Source: Vicinamibacterales bacterium (GTDB taxonomy: Bacteria > Acidobacteriota > Vicinamibacteria > Vicinamibacterales > G965249535). Taken from it: a stretch of 64,000 bases of DNA. Below are positions 8,517-18,365 of the stretch, in pieces (position 1 is the first letter of the stretch; the number at the start of each line of letters is the position of its first letter). Under the pieces are notes generated by a model. That model made no database searches and was not told the origin of the DNA. It worked only from the letters and a program-made list of their open reading frames with translations. Location: the NCBI GenBank assembly GCA_965249535.1, contig OZ252241.1, forward strand, positions 1,212,730-1,276,729, given 5' to 3'. The translations under genes and the position numbers were made by a program.

Positions 8517-10673
8517 CTACCTCGTCGTTCGCTTCACCTCTAGAACACCGCGCACTCCCCGAATCGATTTGAGGGCCGCTTGCAAGTGCCTCAGGTTGGA
8601 GATCTCCACTGTAAGGTTAATTTGGCCACGTCGATTTTCAGTCGTCACAGCTTCTACATTCTTGATGTTAACTTTCGCTCCGGCAATCTTGGACGTAACA
8701 TCTGCTAAGAGACCCTGTCGATCTTCACTCTGAATCGTGAGTTGGACTATATACGGGTCAGAATCGGCGCTTTTGTCCCAAATGACGTCAATCCGCCGCT
8801 CAGGCTCATATAGAAAATTTACAACGTTACGGCACTGTTCCCGATGAACCGAAACACCCCTGCCACGGGTTATGTAACCGACGATCTTTTCACCACGGAT
8901 AGGATTGCAGCATCTGGCTCGGAAAACCATAAGATCCTCGAGTCCACGGACTGAAATCTTGTCGCCACCGGACCAAAAAGCGCGCCTCACCACTGAAGCG
9001 ATGCCCGCTCCTAGAGGTTCTTTCTTAAGTTGATCCTGCGACGAGATCTTCGCTAGGACCTGTCTAGCTCCTAGCTTGCCATACCCAATCGCAGCCAACA
9101 GATCATCAACCTTCTGGTTCTCAAAATGAACTGCTGCTTTACTGAGTACGTCTGCGGAAAACAACGCCCTGGAATCAAGTCGCTGTCGGCGGGCTTCTCT
9201 TTCGAACAGTTTACGCCCCAATTCGATCGCTCGAATCTTTTCTGCGGTGTGGATGAAATACTTGATCTTGTTGCGAGCTCGAGACGTCACTACGAAGCTG
9301 AGCCAATCGCGACTCGGTCGATGACGAATCGCCGTTACCACCTCAATAATGTCACCGTTACTTAGCTGACTCCGCACCGAAACCATACGACCGTTGACGC
9401 GAGCACCCACACAACGATGTCCTACATCCGTGTGCACCGAATACGCGAAGTCAATGACCGTCGCACCACGGGGAAGCGTTTTGACTTCACCCTTTGGGGT
9501 GAACGTGTACACCTCCTCAGGGTAAAGATCGATCTTCAGATTGTGGATGAACTCTCGTGGATCAGTAATTTCCTGTTGAGAATCAAGCACCTGACGAAGC
9601 CAACGAAAATAATGTTCATCCGCATTGGAACCAATGCGACCCTCCTTATACTTCCAGTGTGCTGCAATACCTTCCTGGGCAATATGATGCATACCTTCCG
9701 TTCGAACCTGTACCTCAAAAAGAACACCACGACCACTAACCACTGACGTATGAAGTGATTGATAACCGTTTGGCCGTGGCATGGCGATAAAGTCCTTGAA
9801 CCGACCAGGTACAGGCGACCATGTATGATGGATGATCCCGAGTGCGGCGTAACACCCTCTAACGCTCGGTGTAACGACCCGAAGTGCAATTAGATCATAA
9901 ACCTGCTCAAGATCGAGTCGCTGACGCTGTAGCTTCTGGTGGATGCTGTAAAGGCGCTTGGTCCGCCCCTCGATATTAATCACGGGTATCTCAGCCTCTT
10001 GAAGCTTAGCCTCAATCGTTTTACGAAGTTGTTCAACCGTCTCTTCCATTGCGAGGCGTTTACGCTCAACCAGTACCCCAAGCGTCTTATGAGCCATTGG
10101 CTCAAGGTACCTGAATGCGAGCTCCTCCAATTCGTTTCGAACCTTGCCCATCCCAAGCCGGTAAGCAATCGGAGCGTAAATGTCGATAGTCTCCTGAGCA
10201 ATCTTGACCTGATGCTCTTCCGGAAGGTGGAGAAGTGTGCGCATGTTGTGCAATCGGTCAGCAAGCTTCAGCAATATGACACGGACGTCATCAACCATCG
10301 CCAGTAGCATTCTTCGAAAATTTTCTGCCTGGCGTTCTTCGGTAGACGCAAGCGGGAGCGTGCCTAGTTTTGTAACCCCCTCAACCAAATGCGCAATTTC
10401 AGAACCAAACAAATCACGGATCCGATCGATCGACGTCCGGGTATCTTCGACGACGTCATGCAAAAGTCCCGCACAGATAGCCACGATATCCAATTTCATG
10501 TCGGCCATCAAGACTGCTACCTCAAGAGGGTGGCTTAAATACGGCTCACCTGAACGACGAGTCTGGCCTTTGTGACCAATTGCGGAAAAATCGTACGCAC
10601 GGCGCAGAAGCTCCGTGTCAGCCTCTGGATTATTCGTCCTGACCTTTTGGATAAGTTCTTCAAATTGGACCAT
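8517..10673 (-). CDS. rel: Bifunctional (p)ppGpp synthetase/hydrolase (RelA/SpoT homologue)
   Basis: HD hydrolase domain (HPLEVA, HDVVEDT), RelA/SpoT synthetase core, TGS region and C-terminal ACT-like domain. 718 aa. Confidence 0.95.
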   Translation of the reverse strand: MVQFEELIQKVRTNNPEADTELLRRAYDFSAIGHKGQTRRSGEPYLSHPLEVAVLMADMKLDIVAICAGLLHDVVEDTRTSIDRIRDLFGSEIAHLVEGVTKLGTLPLASTEERQAENFRRMLLAMVDDVRVILLKLADRLHNMRTLLHLPEEHQVKIAQETIDIYAPIAYRLGMGKVRNELEELAFRYLEPMAHKTLGVLVERKRLAMEETVEQLRKTIEAKLQEAEIPVINIEGRTKRLYSIHQKLQRQRLDLEQVYDLIALRVVTPSVRGCYAALGIIHHTWSPVPGRFKDFIAMPRPNGYQSLHTSVVSGRGVLFEVQVRTEGMHHIAQEGIAAHWKYKEGRIGSNADEHYFRWLRQVLDSQQEITDPREFIHNLKIDLYPEEVYTFTPKGEVKTLPRGATVIDFAYSVHTDVGHRCVGARVNGRMVSVRSQLSNGDIIEVVTAIRHRPSRDWLSFVVTSRARNKIKYFIHTAEKIRAIELGRKLFEREARRQRLDSRALFSADVLSKAAVHFENQKVDDLLAAIGYGKLGARQVLAKISSQDQLKKEPLGAGIASVVRRAFWSGGDKISVRGLEDLMVFRARCCNPIRGEKIVGYITRGRGVSVHREQCRNVVNFLYEPERRIDVIWDKSADSDPYIVQLTIQSEDRQGLLADVTSKIAGAKVNIKNVEAVTTENRRGQINLTVEISNLRHLQAALKSIRGVRGVLEVKRTTR

Positions 10674-10820
10674 AAAAACAGTGCCTAATCCGTTGAAACC
10701 CTAAGCTCCAATCTCACGGCCCATCATATGAAGTGGACCGCCGCTGGTCAAGAATTGCGCTGGCATGGCTCAGGACAAGGCCGCCAACCTGCTCCACCCT
10801 AAACATTCTTACGGACATGC

Positions 10821-10850
10821 TTGACTTGCAGATTTTCTGTTCACTATACT
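10821..10850 (+). promoter_or_regulatory. Putative sigma70-type promoter for the TPR lipoprotein gene
   Basis: TTGACT (10821-26), an 18-nt spacer, then TATACT (10845-50), about 95 nt upstream of ATG 10945. Confidence 0.4.
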
Positions 10851-10944
10851 GTTCCGGTTTTTAGGGTTATACAAGGTGGGCGGTTCTTCCAACCGTGAGA
10901 ATCCTCAGACTCGGGTTCCCAGGGGTGCGGAAAGGGGAAAGTCA

Positions 10945-11901
10945 ATGGATACGCGATCCGTGCTGGTGCGAATGGTGGTCGTCGTGGGGCTGCTCTTACC
11001 CCTCGCTTCCTGTACTTGGTTTAAGGAATTGCAGGCCGTGAAGCGCTTCAAAGAAGCTCACATCCTCTACCAACGGCAAGACTACAGAAACGCTGCGCTT
11101 GCATACGAAGAAGTAATAGCCGGAGATCCTGATTTGACTACCGCTTACTTCTACTTGGCCAATAGCTACGACAACTTGTACAAGCCATCCCGCCGAGGTG
11201 AGGAAGAGAACGACGGCTTCCTAAATAAAGCAATTGAGAACTACAAGTTGGCGGTAAGCCACGAGCAGGACCAAAACATGCAAGTGCTGTCAATGCAGTA
11301 CCTCGTCGCTGCGTACGGCTCTGACAAGCTTAATGATCCGAGCTCAGCTGAGCCGGTACTGCTAGAGATGATCGATCTTGACCCTTCAGACACAGCCAAT
11401 TACTTCGCGTTGGCGAAACTTTATGAAGATGCTGGACAGTATGGCTTGGCGGAAAGTAGTCTCACTGACGCGCGGGAGGTACGGCCAAATGACTCCGCAG
11501 TGTATCTCCAGTTAGCTGGCTTCTTTAACCGTCAGGGAGAATTCGAAAGAACTATCGAAGCCTTAGAAACCCGTGCATCTTACGACCCAGAAAACCCCGA
11601 GGCTTATTACACAATTGCCACTTACTTCTGGGAAAAAGCGTTTCGCGATTTCCGCTTAACGGACGACGAGAAATTGGTGCACGTCCATAGCGGATTGGAC
11701 GCCGTGGAGAAAGCGCTGGATTTGAGGGGTAACTACGCAGAAGCACTCGTCTATAAGAATATTCTTCTCCGCATGGAAGCCAATATGGAAGACGACCTGG
11801 ACAGGCAAAAGGCGCTAATTGCGGAAGCTGATGAACTTCGCGACCGAGCAGAGCAGATCCAAAAACAGCAGCAGGGGGAAGCGGCAGCAGGAGCTAGCTA
11901 A
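10945..11901 (+). CDS. TPR-repeat lipoprotein
   Basis: ATG 10945 is preceded by GGAAAGGGGAAAG. The signal peptide with lipobox is MDTRSVLVRMVVVVGLLLPLASC, followed by several TPR-like repeats. The ORF-track start (GTG 10876) was judged too far upstream. Confidence 0.8.
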   Translation: MDTRSVLVRMVVVVGLLLPLASCTWFKELQAVKRFKEAHILYQRQDYRNAALAYEEVIAGDPDLTTAYFYLANSYDNLYKPSRRGEEENDGFLNKAIENYKLAVSHEQDQNMQVLSMQYLVAAYGSDKLNDPSSAEPVLLEMIDLDPSDTANYFALAKLYEDAGQYGLAESSLTDAREVRPNDSAVYLQLAGFFNRQGEFERTIEALETRASYDPENPEAYYTIATYFWEKAFRDFRLTDDEKLVHVHSGLDAVEKALDLRGNYAEALVYKNILLRMEANMEDDLDRQKALIAEADELRDRAEQIQKQQQGEAAAGAS

Positions 11902-11937
11902 CAGGCGCTAGCTTCTTCCTCATTACCCCAATGAACC

Positions 11938-11975
11938 GGTCGGCCTCAACACAGAGTGGCCGGCCTGTTATTTTC
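11938..11975 (+). terminator. Putative intrinsic terminator after the TPR gene
   Basis: GGTCGGCC (11938-45) pairs with GGCCGGCC (11958-65) with one G-U pair and a 12-nt loop. It is followed by TGTTATTTTC. Confidence 0.5.
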
Positions 11976-12120
11976 TGAACAGCGCGCGCGGCCCATTCAA
12001 CGGAGACAGAGCTGAGTCACATGGGTGCGCGGCATCCCACTCACGAGCAAGGCAGAAGACAGAAAGCAGCAGAAGCCGGAAGGCTTCGCCTTGCCGTCCT
12101 GGAACCTAACGTAACACCTT

Positions 12121-12918
12121 TCAACCGAGCCTAATCCTGGCGTCCTTCAGCATCGCGACGAGAGCGGCCTTGACCCCCTCTGGGGTGCTGACCGGTTCAG
12201 CAAACGCCAGCCGGACCGGTCGCGGTCCTTCTGCGGTTACAGCCGACATCTCGAAGCCGTACCGGTCGACGTCGGTCATGCTGGCGGCCGTAATGTCGGC
12301 CGCTTTTGAGAACGCCTTGCAGTAGAGCGTCATCGCATCAGAGTGGTCATTGTTCATGTGAGCGATGACGTCGACGGCCAATGCGGCGAGCGGGTCCGGT
12401 TCAGCGGCGTGCCAGTCAGCCGCGTCCACCCAGGACATCCGTCCATATCCGCCGATGTACCGGATCGACTCCACACGTAGCTTCCAGAACGCGAAGTCGC
12501 GGAAGTCGGCATAATAGGTGGCGTTCGAGTGTGTGGTCAAGAACGCCGCACGGGCAGTCCCACCATCTCCCTCTACTTGGGTACAGAGACCGAGCAGTGT
12601 CACACGGCCGTTCGCCAGTGGATCCTGGGAGCCCCCTTCCACCACCAGCAGTGACGCCCGGGGATCGTGCTGGAGGTTCCTGGTGTGCTCGGCCATCGTG
12701 CTCACGAGAAAGACGGGGTTACCGTTGTCAAAAGCAACCGTCACGAACGAGCCATAGGGGTACCCGACCGGACCTAGAGCTAGAGTGCATAATGTGCCAG
12801 TCGTCACGCGCGCCACTAAGGTCCGCGCCCGCTCGGCGTGCGTGGGTGTCGGGATGTTGACATCGTACAGCAATTCCGGTGCGTCCCCAGAGGGCCTGGC
12901 GTGGGCATCATTGGTCAT
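12121..12918 (-). CDS. HugZ-like haem-utilisation / PNPOx-like split-barrel protein with DUF2470-like C-terminal domain
   Basis: 265 aa. The N-terminal PNPOx-like fold pattern reads ...ARVTTGTLCTLA...GYPYGSFV...PVFLVSTMAEHTRNL. The C-terminal segment reads ...VIAHMNNDHSDAM...DRYGF. G+C is elevated: 38, 42 and 42 of 60 on three sampled lines. The family call is from memory and the function is unproven. Confidence 0.7.
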   Translation of the reverse strand: MTNDAHARPSGDAPELLYDVNIPTPTHAERARTLVARVTTGTLCTLALGPVGYPYGSFVTVAFDNGNPVFLVSTMAEHTRNLQHDPRASLLVVEGGSQDPLANGRVTLLGLCTQVEGDGGTARAAFLTTHSNATYYADFRDFAFWKLRVESIRYIGGYGRMSWVDAADWHAAEPDPLAALAVDVIAHMNNDHSDAMTLYCKAFSKAADITAASMTDVDRYGFEMSAVTAEGPRPVRLAFAEPVSTPEGVKAALVAMLKDARIRLG

Positions 12919-13377
12919 TGTGGAGGCCTTCTCTTGTATATGGGGGACGAGGTTTTAGCGAACTGGTCTTCAGACTAGCCCTGAAGCTCCGGAGAAGAAG
13001 TCTGAAGCGTAGCGCGTCAACCCGTTCAAACGGGGACCGGAGCCCACAGAGGACTCGCGTGTGGAACAATCGCTGACAGGAGGCCATTCAGCTTACGATT
13101 ATCTTGTAAGCCCCCTCCAACAACTAAGCTTCAGTCATCCACAGGAGCGACTCCAGCGGCTCTTCACAGCCAGCCTTACTGATGATTAAGAAGAGAGTGT
13201 CTCACCACCCCCCTGCTCCCCCACAGGTTTTAGCGTTCTTAATACCTAACTGCGTAATACGTTCGGACGACCTGAGCCTGGCATGGCGTTTCACACCAGC
13301 CAGCGAATACACCCTTGCGGTCAGAATATTCTTAGAACTGGAAACTCAGAATTTTTGGATTGGCACGGCACCCGCAG

Positions 13378-13429
13378 AAGAGACTTGACCGCCCCCTCCT
13401 CCAAAGAAGAGGGGGCGGTCAAGTCTCTT
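13378..13429. repeat. Perfect 21-bp inverted repeat (hairpin with 10-nt loop)
   Basis: AAGAGACTTGACCGCCCCCTC (13378-98) pairs with GAGGGGGCGGTCAAGTCTCTT (13409-29). There is no T-run on either side. It lies ~130 nt downstream of the exbD operon end. Confidence 0.9.
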
Positions 13430-13561
13430 GAGATCACTTCAGGTTCCACTCTCAGGCGGCCCTAGCGCTCGTCCGTAGATCCATCACATGGGGTGTGGTG
13501 TCGCGGGTCTCCTTCGTCCAGCGCCCGCGGGGCACAATGGCCACACCCCCCCCCAACAGCC

Positions 13562-14035
13562 TCAGTTGCCAATAGGAGCGGCTCCAGCAGCCCTTCTCAT
13601 GCCTTCAGTCACAATCCCAACTTTATTGACACCAGCACCTCTTGCCGCATCGATGACCTCAATAATTTCACCGTAGCGAAGATTCCCCGCTCCAGCAACG
13701 AACATCGTCTTTTCTCTCCGCTGCTCAAAGATGTCCCGGAGCCGTCGCTCCAATTCGGGAAGCGACACGTCTTGCTTGTTGATTGAGATCCTCCGATCGG
13801 CTGTGTACTCGAGGACAATCTGAGTACTCTGAGCGTCCGCCTGCTGCGCCCCTCGTGTCTCTAGAGGTAGGTTGATATCGAGACCCCGCTGGGCTAGTGG
13901 TAAGGCCGCTAGGAAGATAACGATCAAAACTAACAGCACATCGATAAACGGCGTGATGTTAATTTCCGAAGACTGCTCGGGTGGATCTCCCTTGATGATA
14001 TCCTCAGCACCGTACCGCTTGCGCTTTCCACTCAT
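13562..14035 (-). CDS. exbD: Biopolymer transport protein ExbD/TolR (second copy)
   Basis: 157 aa. The N-terminal TM region reads INITPFIDVLLVLIVIF and the periplasmic domain fits the ExbD pattern. The start overlaps the upstream exbD stop (TGATG). Confidence 0.9.
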   Translation of the reverse strand: MSGKRKRYGAEDIIKGDPPEQSSEINITPFIDVLLVLIVIFLAALPLAQRGLDINLPLETRGAQQADAQSTQIVLEYTADRRISINKQDVSLPELERRLRDIFEQRREKTMFVAGAGNLRYGEIIEVIDAARGAGVNKVGIVTEGMRRAAGAAPIGN

Positions 14036-14472
14036 CAGTTACCTCCCGCTCGGCCACTACGAAGCTTCCGTTCCGTAATTAAACCGATATCCTCGATACC
14101 GGCCCGTTGAAGCTGATCCATGATGGCCATAACCGAACCATACGTCGCGTCCTCGTCCGCCTTGATGAGAAGGATCCGCTCAAGCTTTCGGTCCAGCGCT
14201 GACTGGATCCTCGCCAACAGCTCAGTTTCCCGAATCGGCACCTGATCCACGTAGAACCGCCCATCAGCAGTCACCGCCAGAACGGTCTGCTCGTCATTCT
14301 CGGGTTTATCGTTCGTGTTCGCCGCTTCCGGCAGCGTTACGTCAACGCCCTTCTGCAAGAGCGGTGCGATGATCATGATGATAATCAGCAACACCAACAT
14401 GACGTCACACATCGGCGTCACATTTATCTCTGAGTTATAGCCGCCTGTCTTTTTTCCTACATTCATAGCCAT
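14035..14472 (-). CDS. exbD: Biopolymer transport protein ExbD/TolR (first copy)
   Basis: 145 aa with EINVTPMCDVMLVLLIIIMI and ...LLIKADEDATYGSVMAIMD. Confidence 0.9.
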   Translation of the reverse strand: MAMNVGKKTGGYNSEINVTPMCDVMLVLLIIIMIIAPLLQKGVDVTLPEAANTNDKPENDEQTVLAVTADGRFYVDQVPIRETELLARIQSALDRKLERILLIKADEDATYGSVMAIMDQLQRAGIEDIGLITERKLRSGRAGGN

Positions 14473-14506
14473 AGCGAATACCTCCTACAGCTCGGTCAAA
14501 TCCAAC

Positions 14507-15175
14507 TTAGGACTTCTTGATAAAGTAGTCGACCAGCTCCGACGAAGAATTGTCCATTTCGACGTTAAAGTATTCGATACGGCCTGACAGATAGTTATAG
14601 AACCACACTGCCGGAATTGCCACGAACAATCCAATAGCGGTCCCAACAAGTGCCTCCGCGATTCCCGCCGACACAGCACCCAGTCCACCTGATCCCGTGG
14701 CCGCGATACCTTGGAAAGCATTAATAACACCTAGCGTTGTTCCGAGGAGACCGACAAACACCGCGGTAGCTCCGATAGTCGCAAGCGAACCGAGTCCCTT
14801 TTTCAGATCGGCTGCCGTCAGTACCGCCGCACGCTGAATAGCACGACGGACGCTATCCACCACATCTTCGCGACTGAGCGTCGCACCGCTATCCTGCTGG
14901 GATTGGTACTCCTGCAACCCAGCCAAAACGACCTTACTCAAGTGGCTGTACTTAAAGTTCTTAGACTGCGACACAACGACGGCGTCCTTCAGTCGACCGT
15001 CCTTCAAGTGCTTAGCAACTTGCGGCGCGAAAAGCTTAGACTGTTTTCGCGCTTGAGTAAATGTGTAGAGTCTCTCAAAGAAAACACCCACCGACCACAT
15101 CGACATAATCGCCAACACCAACATAAGAAGCTTAACCGCCGTACCCATCTGCGCCCATAGATCTAAAAATTCCAC
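14507..15175 (-). CDS. exbB: MotA/TolQ/ExbB proton-channel protein
   Basis: 222 aa with three TM segments and the C-terminal motif ...GIAEALVGTAIGLFVAIPAVWFYNY. Confidence 0.9.
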   Translation of the reverse strand: MEFLDLWAQMGTAVKLLMLVLAIMSMWSVGVFFERLYTFTQARKQSKLFAPQVAKHLKDGRLKDAVVVSQSKNFKYSHLSKVVLAGLQEYQSQQDSGATLSREDVVDSVRRAIQRAAVLTAADLKKGLGSLATIGATAVFVGLLGTTLGVINAFQGIAATGSGGLGAVSAGIAEALVGTAIGLFVAIPAVWFYNYLSGRIEYFNVEMDNSSSELVDYFIKKS

Positions 15176-15235
15176 AGCATCCCCCTAGAGACTAACTCGA
15201 CATTCTGTCGAGTCTAGTGTAGTCCGGATCTTTAC

Positions 15236-15949
15236 CTACTGCAGCGTGAAGTTAACCGTTACGGTCATAACGACAGCAACAGGCACACCATTAAGCAATG
15301 TCGGCGTGTACTGCCATTGCCGCACAGCGGTCAATGCCGCCTCATCAAGCAGGGGCACCGACCTCAATATTGTCGTTTCCGTTACAGAGCCGTCCGGTCC
15401 AATTATGGCCTCGATGATCACTATACCTTGAACGCGTGCCGACTGCGCTACGTCCGGGTAGACCGGAGCCACATCCCTGATCTTCTCCGGTGGTCTGATG
15501 TTCCCACCAACCCGCACCGGCGCATCAGGCGTCGGTGGAGGTGGCGGTGCTAAGGCGTTCCCACCAAGGATTCCCGCAACTACACCGCCAGCTACACCCC
15601 CTTCCACACCAGCAACACTACTGAGGTCAAAACCAGTCTCGGGGATAATCGCCTCAGGGGCTTCAATAGGTGCCGCCTGCGGATTAATATCAACGACTGG
15701 CGGTGGCTTTGCTTGAGCTGCCTCAGGAGGTGGTGGAGGCGGAGGAGGCGGAGGAGGCGGTGGTGCTGCCACAAACGCCATCATGCTCGGCGGTGTCGGT
15801 AACACATCCGCAGCAAGAAGCGGGATGATGATAATGGCACCTATTCCAGCGACATGCGCCGCGATCGACACGGGAACCGTATACCACTTCCGCGAACCCA
15901 CTTGAATAGTCGGGTTAGTTATTTCCCCAAACATTTCAGCCACGGCCAC
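15236..15949 (-). CDS. tonB: Energy transducer TonB
   Basis: An N-terminal TM anchor, a run of 13 Pro (nt 15725-15763), and a TonB_C domain reading ...ARVQGIVIIEAIIGPDGSV...AVRQWQYTPTLLNGVPV. A start two codons downstream (GTG 15943) fits the AGGAGG spacing better. Confidence 0.9.
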   Translation of the reverse strand: MAVAEMFGEITNPTIQVGSRKWYTVPVSIAAHVAGIGAIIIIPLLAADVLPTPPSMMAFVAAPPPPPPPPPPPPPEAAQAKPPPVVDINPQAAPIEAPEAIIPETGFDLSSVAGVEGGVAGGVVAGILGGNALAPPPPPTPDAPVRVGGNIRPPEKIRDVAPVYPDVAQSARVQGIVIIEAIIGPDGSVTETTILRSVPLLDEAALTAVRQWQYTPTLLNGVPVAVVMTVTVNFTLQ

Positions 15950-16157
15950 CTCCTGACTCTATATTGTCCTCCGCCACCGCGTAACGGAGCGCCGATTATA
16001 TGCAGACGAAAATTCCACTGTCAACGTATACCCACACCCGGGGGCTTCCGGCCTGAACCGAAGCCACCACAGGCAGGGCCCCGAACAATTCGGCTACCTT
16101 CCTCACCGGGCGGAATTCTACCCATGCGTTCTACGGAAGTCAACAAATCTATCAGTA

Positions 16158-18272
16158 CTAACCTGGGCTCACCCAAGCTACGATCAGTGGTGCAAAAATG
16201 ACTGAGACAATACTCATCAATTTAATCAATATGTTAAGGCTTGGACCAGCCGTATCCTTAAACGGGTCTCCCACTGTGTCCCCAATCACTGCAGCTTTAT
16301 GCGGCTCGGATCCCTTTCCTCCATGATTCCCCTCCTCTATATACTTCTTCGCGTTATCCCAAACTCCACCCGCATTTGCCATCATTAGCGCCATCAGCAC
16401 GCCAGTGACGAGAGCTCCGCTCAGGAGCCCAGCGAGACCGGATATCCCGAGAAGAAATCCGGTTGCGACCGGCGCCGTAACTGCAAGCACGCCAGGAAGA
16501 ATCATCTCTCTAATAGCAGCTCTCGTAGAAATTGCAACGCATCGGGCAGAATCGGGTTCAGCATTTCCTTCCATCAATCCTGTAATCTCCCGAAATTGCC
16601 GACGAACTTCCTCGATCATCTTTGCTGCAGTCCGTCCCACCGCATTCATCGTTAACGCTGCGAAGATAAAAGGCAGCATGCCTCCGATCAACATGCCAAT
16701 CAACACGTTTGGGTTATCAAGCGAAAGGCTGAGAAATTGATCATCAAACACCTGGCTACCACCTGCGGCCTCGACGGCATCCGAAGCCTTAGCCCTAAAA
16801 GTGCTAAATAAAGCCAGCGCCGTCAATGCAGCCGACCCGATGGCGAATCCCTTCCCCATGGCGGCAGTAGTGTTACCGACGGCATCGAGTGCGTCAGTTC
16901 GCTGACGAACATACGGCTCGCACTTGCTCATTTCCGCGATCCCGCCAGCGTTGTCTGCCACCGGGCCGTACGCGTCAACACCAAGGCTGATACCAAGAGT
17001 GGACAGCATGCCAACTGCTGCAATGGCGATGCCATAGAGTGCCGCGAACGCAAAGCTGAAGTGGATAGCCAGGGCAATCACAAGAATGGGTAATCCACAA
17101 GACATCATTCCGACACCAAGACCCGCAATGATATTAGTCGCTGAACCAGTCTCTGACTGCTGTGCAATGTGGCGTGCAGGGGGTTTGTCTTTCCCGGTGT
17201 AGTACTCAGTAATCTGTCCAATCGCAACACCGGCTGCCAAGCCCAAAATAACACACCATAGAATCGCCAGTGGAATGCCCAGTAGAAACACAAGCGCACC
17301 AGCGGCAATGATCACTAAGAAGGATGCAGTGATCAGGCCTCGCTGCAATGCCTCACCGATCTTACTTTCATCGTCAGTACTAACCGCAAACGTCCCTAGA
17401 ATCGACGAGACGATGCCGACGCCAGCCAGCAGAACCGGAAATAAAACCAACGATTGCTGTAGCGCCTCAAAGCCGGAGGCCTCCGTTCCCCAAAGGTTGT
17501 TCGCTGCTTGAGCACCAAGTGCCCATGCGAGAGCAATCGACGAAATGATGCTCCCCACGTACGACTCAAACAGGTCCGCCCCCATTCCGGCCACGTCACC
17601 AACGTTGTCTCCTACGCTGTCCGCGATCGTGGCTGGATTACGCGGGTCGTCCTCGGGAATCCCTGCTTCAATCTTGCCCGACAGATCACCTCCGACATCG
17701 GCAGCCTTCGTGTAAATGCCTCCCCCGACACGAGCGAATAAAGCGATCGACGAAGCGCCGAGCGAAAAACCAAACAAAGCTTCAATCGCTATCCGACCAT
17801 TACCGTCGAGTCCCCCAAAAGCGATGTACAGTACTGAAATCCCGAGCGTGCCGAGAGCCACAACTGTCAGCCCCATAACTGCTCCGCTAGAGAACGCCAC
17901 ACGCAGCGCAGCCGCCAGGCTGGTCGTCGCCGCGTAGGTCGTCCGCACGGCCGCACTGGTCGCTGTCCGCATGCCAATCCAACCCGCTGTGGCTGACAGA
18001 GAGGCACCAACAAGAAAACTCACCCCAGTAAGCCATGCAGTCTGCGGCAGAAAGAGAACGAGCACGATGAACATAACCGTGACAAAACCCGCTAGCACAC
18101 TGTACTCCGTCCGCAGGAATGCCATAGCACCAGCGCGAATCAGCGCAGCGATTCTCTGCATGTGCTCACTTCCTGCATCTTGACGATTGATACTTCGAAT
18201 TAAAAATCCAGCAAAGAGCGCAGCAACAACCGGAGCACCTAATCCAAACACAAGAAAAAGCTGACGATCCAT
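16158..18272 (-). CDS. hppA: Membrane-bound pyrophosphate-energised cation pump (K+-dependent subfamily)
   Basis: 704-aa polytopic protein with [45 protein letters not shown] and [16 protein letters not shown]. The Ala in GNTTAA marks the K+-dependent class. Confidence 0.95.
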   Translation of the reverse strand: MDRQLFLVFGLGAPVVAALFAGFLIRSINRQDAGSEHMQRIAALIRAGAMAFLRTEYSVLAGFVTVMFIVLVLFLPQTAWLTGVSFLVGASLSATAGWIGMRTATSAAVRTTYAATTSLAAALRVAFSSGAVMGLTVVALGTLGISVLYIAFGGLDGNGRIAIEALFGFSLGASSIALFARVGGGIYTKAADVGGDLSGKIEAGIPEDDPRNPATIADSVGDNVGDVAGMGADLFESYVGSIISSIALAWALGAQAANNLWGTEASGFEALQQSLVLFPVLLAGVGIVSSILGTFAVSTDDESKIGEALQRGLITASFLVIIAAGALVFLLGIPLAILWCVILGLAAGVAIGQITEYYTGKDKPPARHIAQQSETGSATNIIAGLGVGMMSCGLPILVIALAIHFSFAFAALYGIAIAAVGMLSTLGISLGVDAYGPVADNAGGIAEMSKCEPYVRQRTDALDAVGNTTAAMGKGFAIGSAALTALALFSTFRAKASDAVEAAGGSQVFDDQFLSLSLDNPNVLIGMLIGGMLPFIFAALTMNAVGRTAAKMIEEVRRQFREITGLMEGNAEPDSARCVAISTRAAIREMILPGVLAVTAPVATGFLLGISGLAGLLSGALVTGVLMALMMANAGGVWDNAKKYIEEGNHGGKGSEPHKAAVIGDTVGDPFKDTAGPSLNILIKLMSIVSVIFAPLIVAWVSPG

Positions 18273-18365
18273 TTAATCTATTTCCTCCATCTACCTTAGT
18301 TTAATGCGTAACACCAATCTTGAACTTCTGCGCACTTGGATTGCAGATAGTCACCGAATTTAAAT

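Noticed and set aside
13546-13554. A C9 homopolymer, considered as a phase-variation tract.
   Set aside because: It lies 7 nt downstream of the exbD stop, outside any supported CDS or promoter. It is more relevant as a potential sequencing-error hotspot.
15725-15763. A (GGN)13 trinucleotide repeat on the plus strand.
   Set aside because: It simply encodes the 13-Pro spacer typical of TonB. It is not an independent repeat element, although its length could vary between strains.
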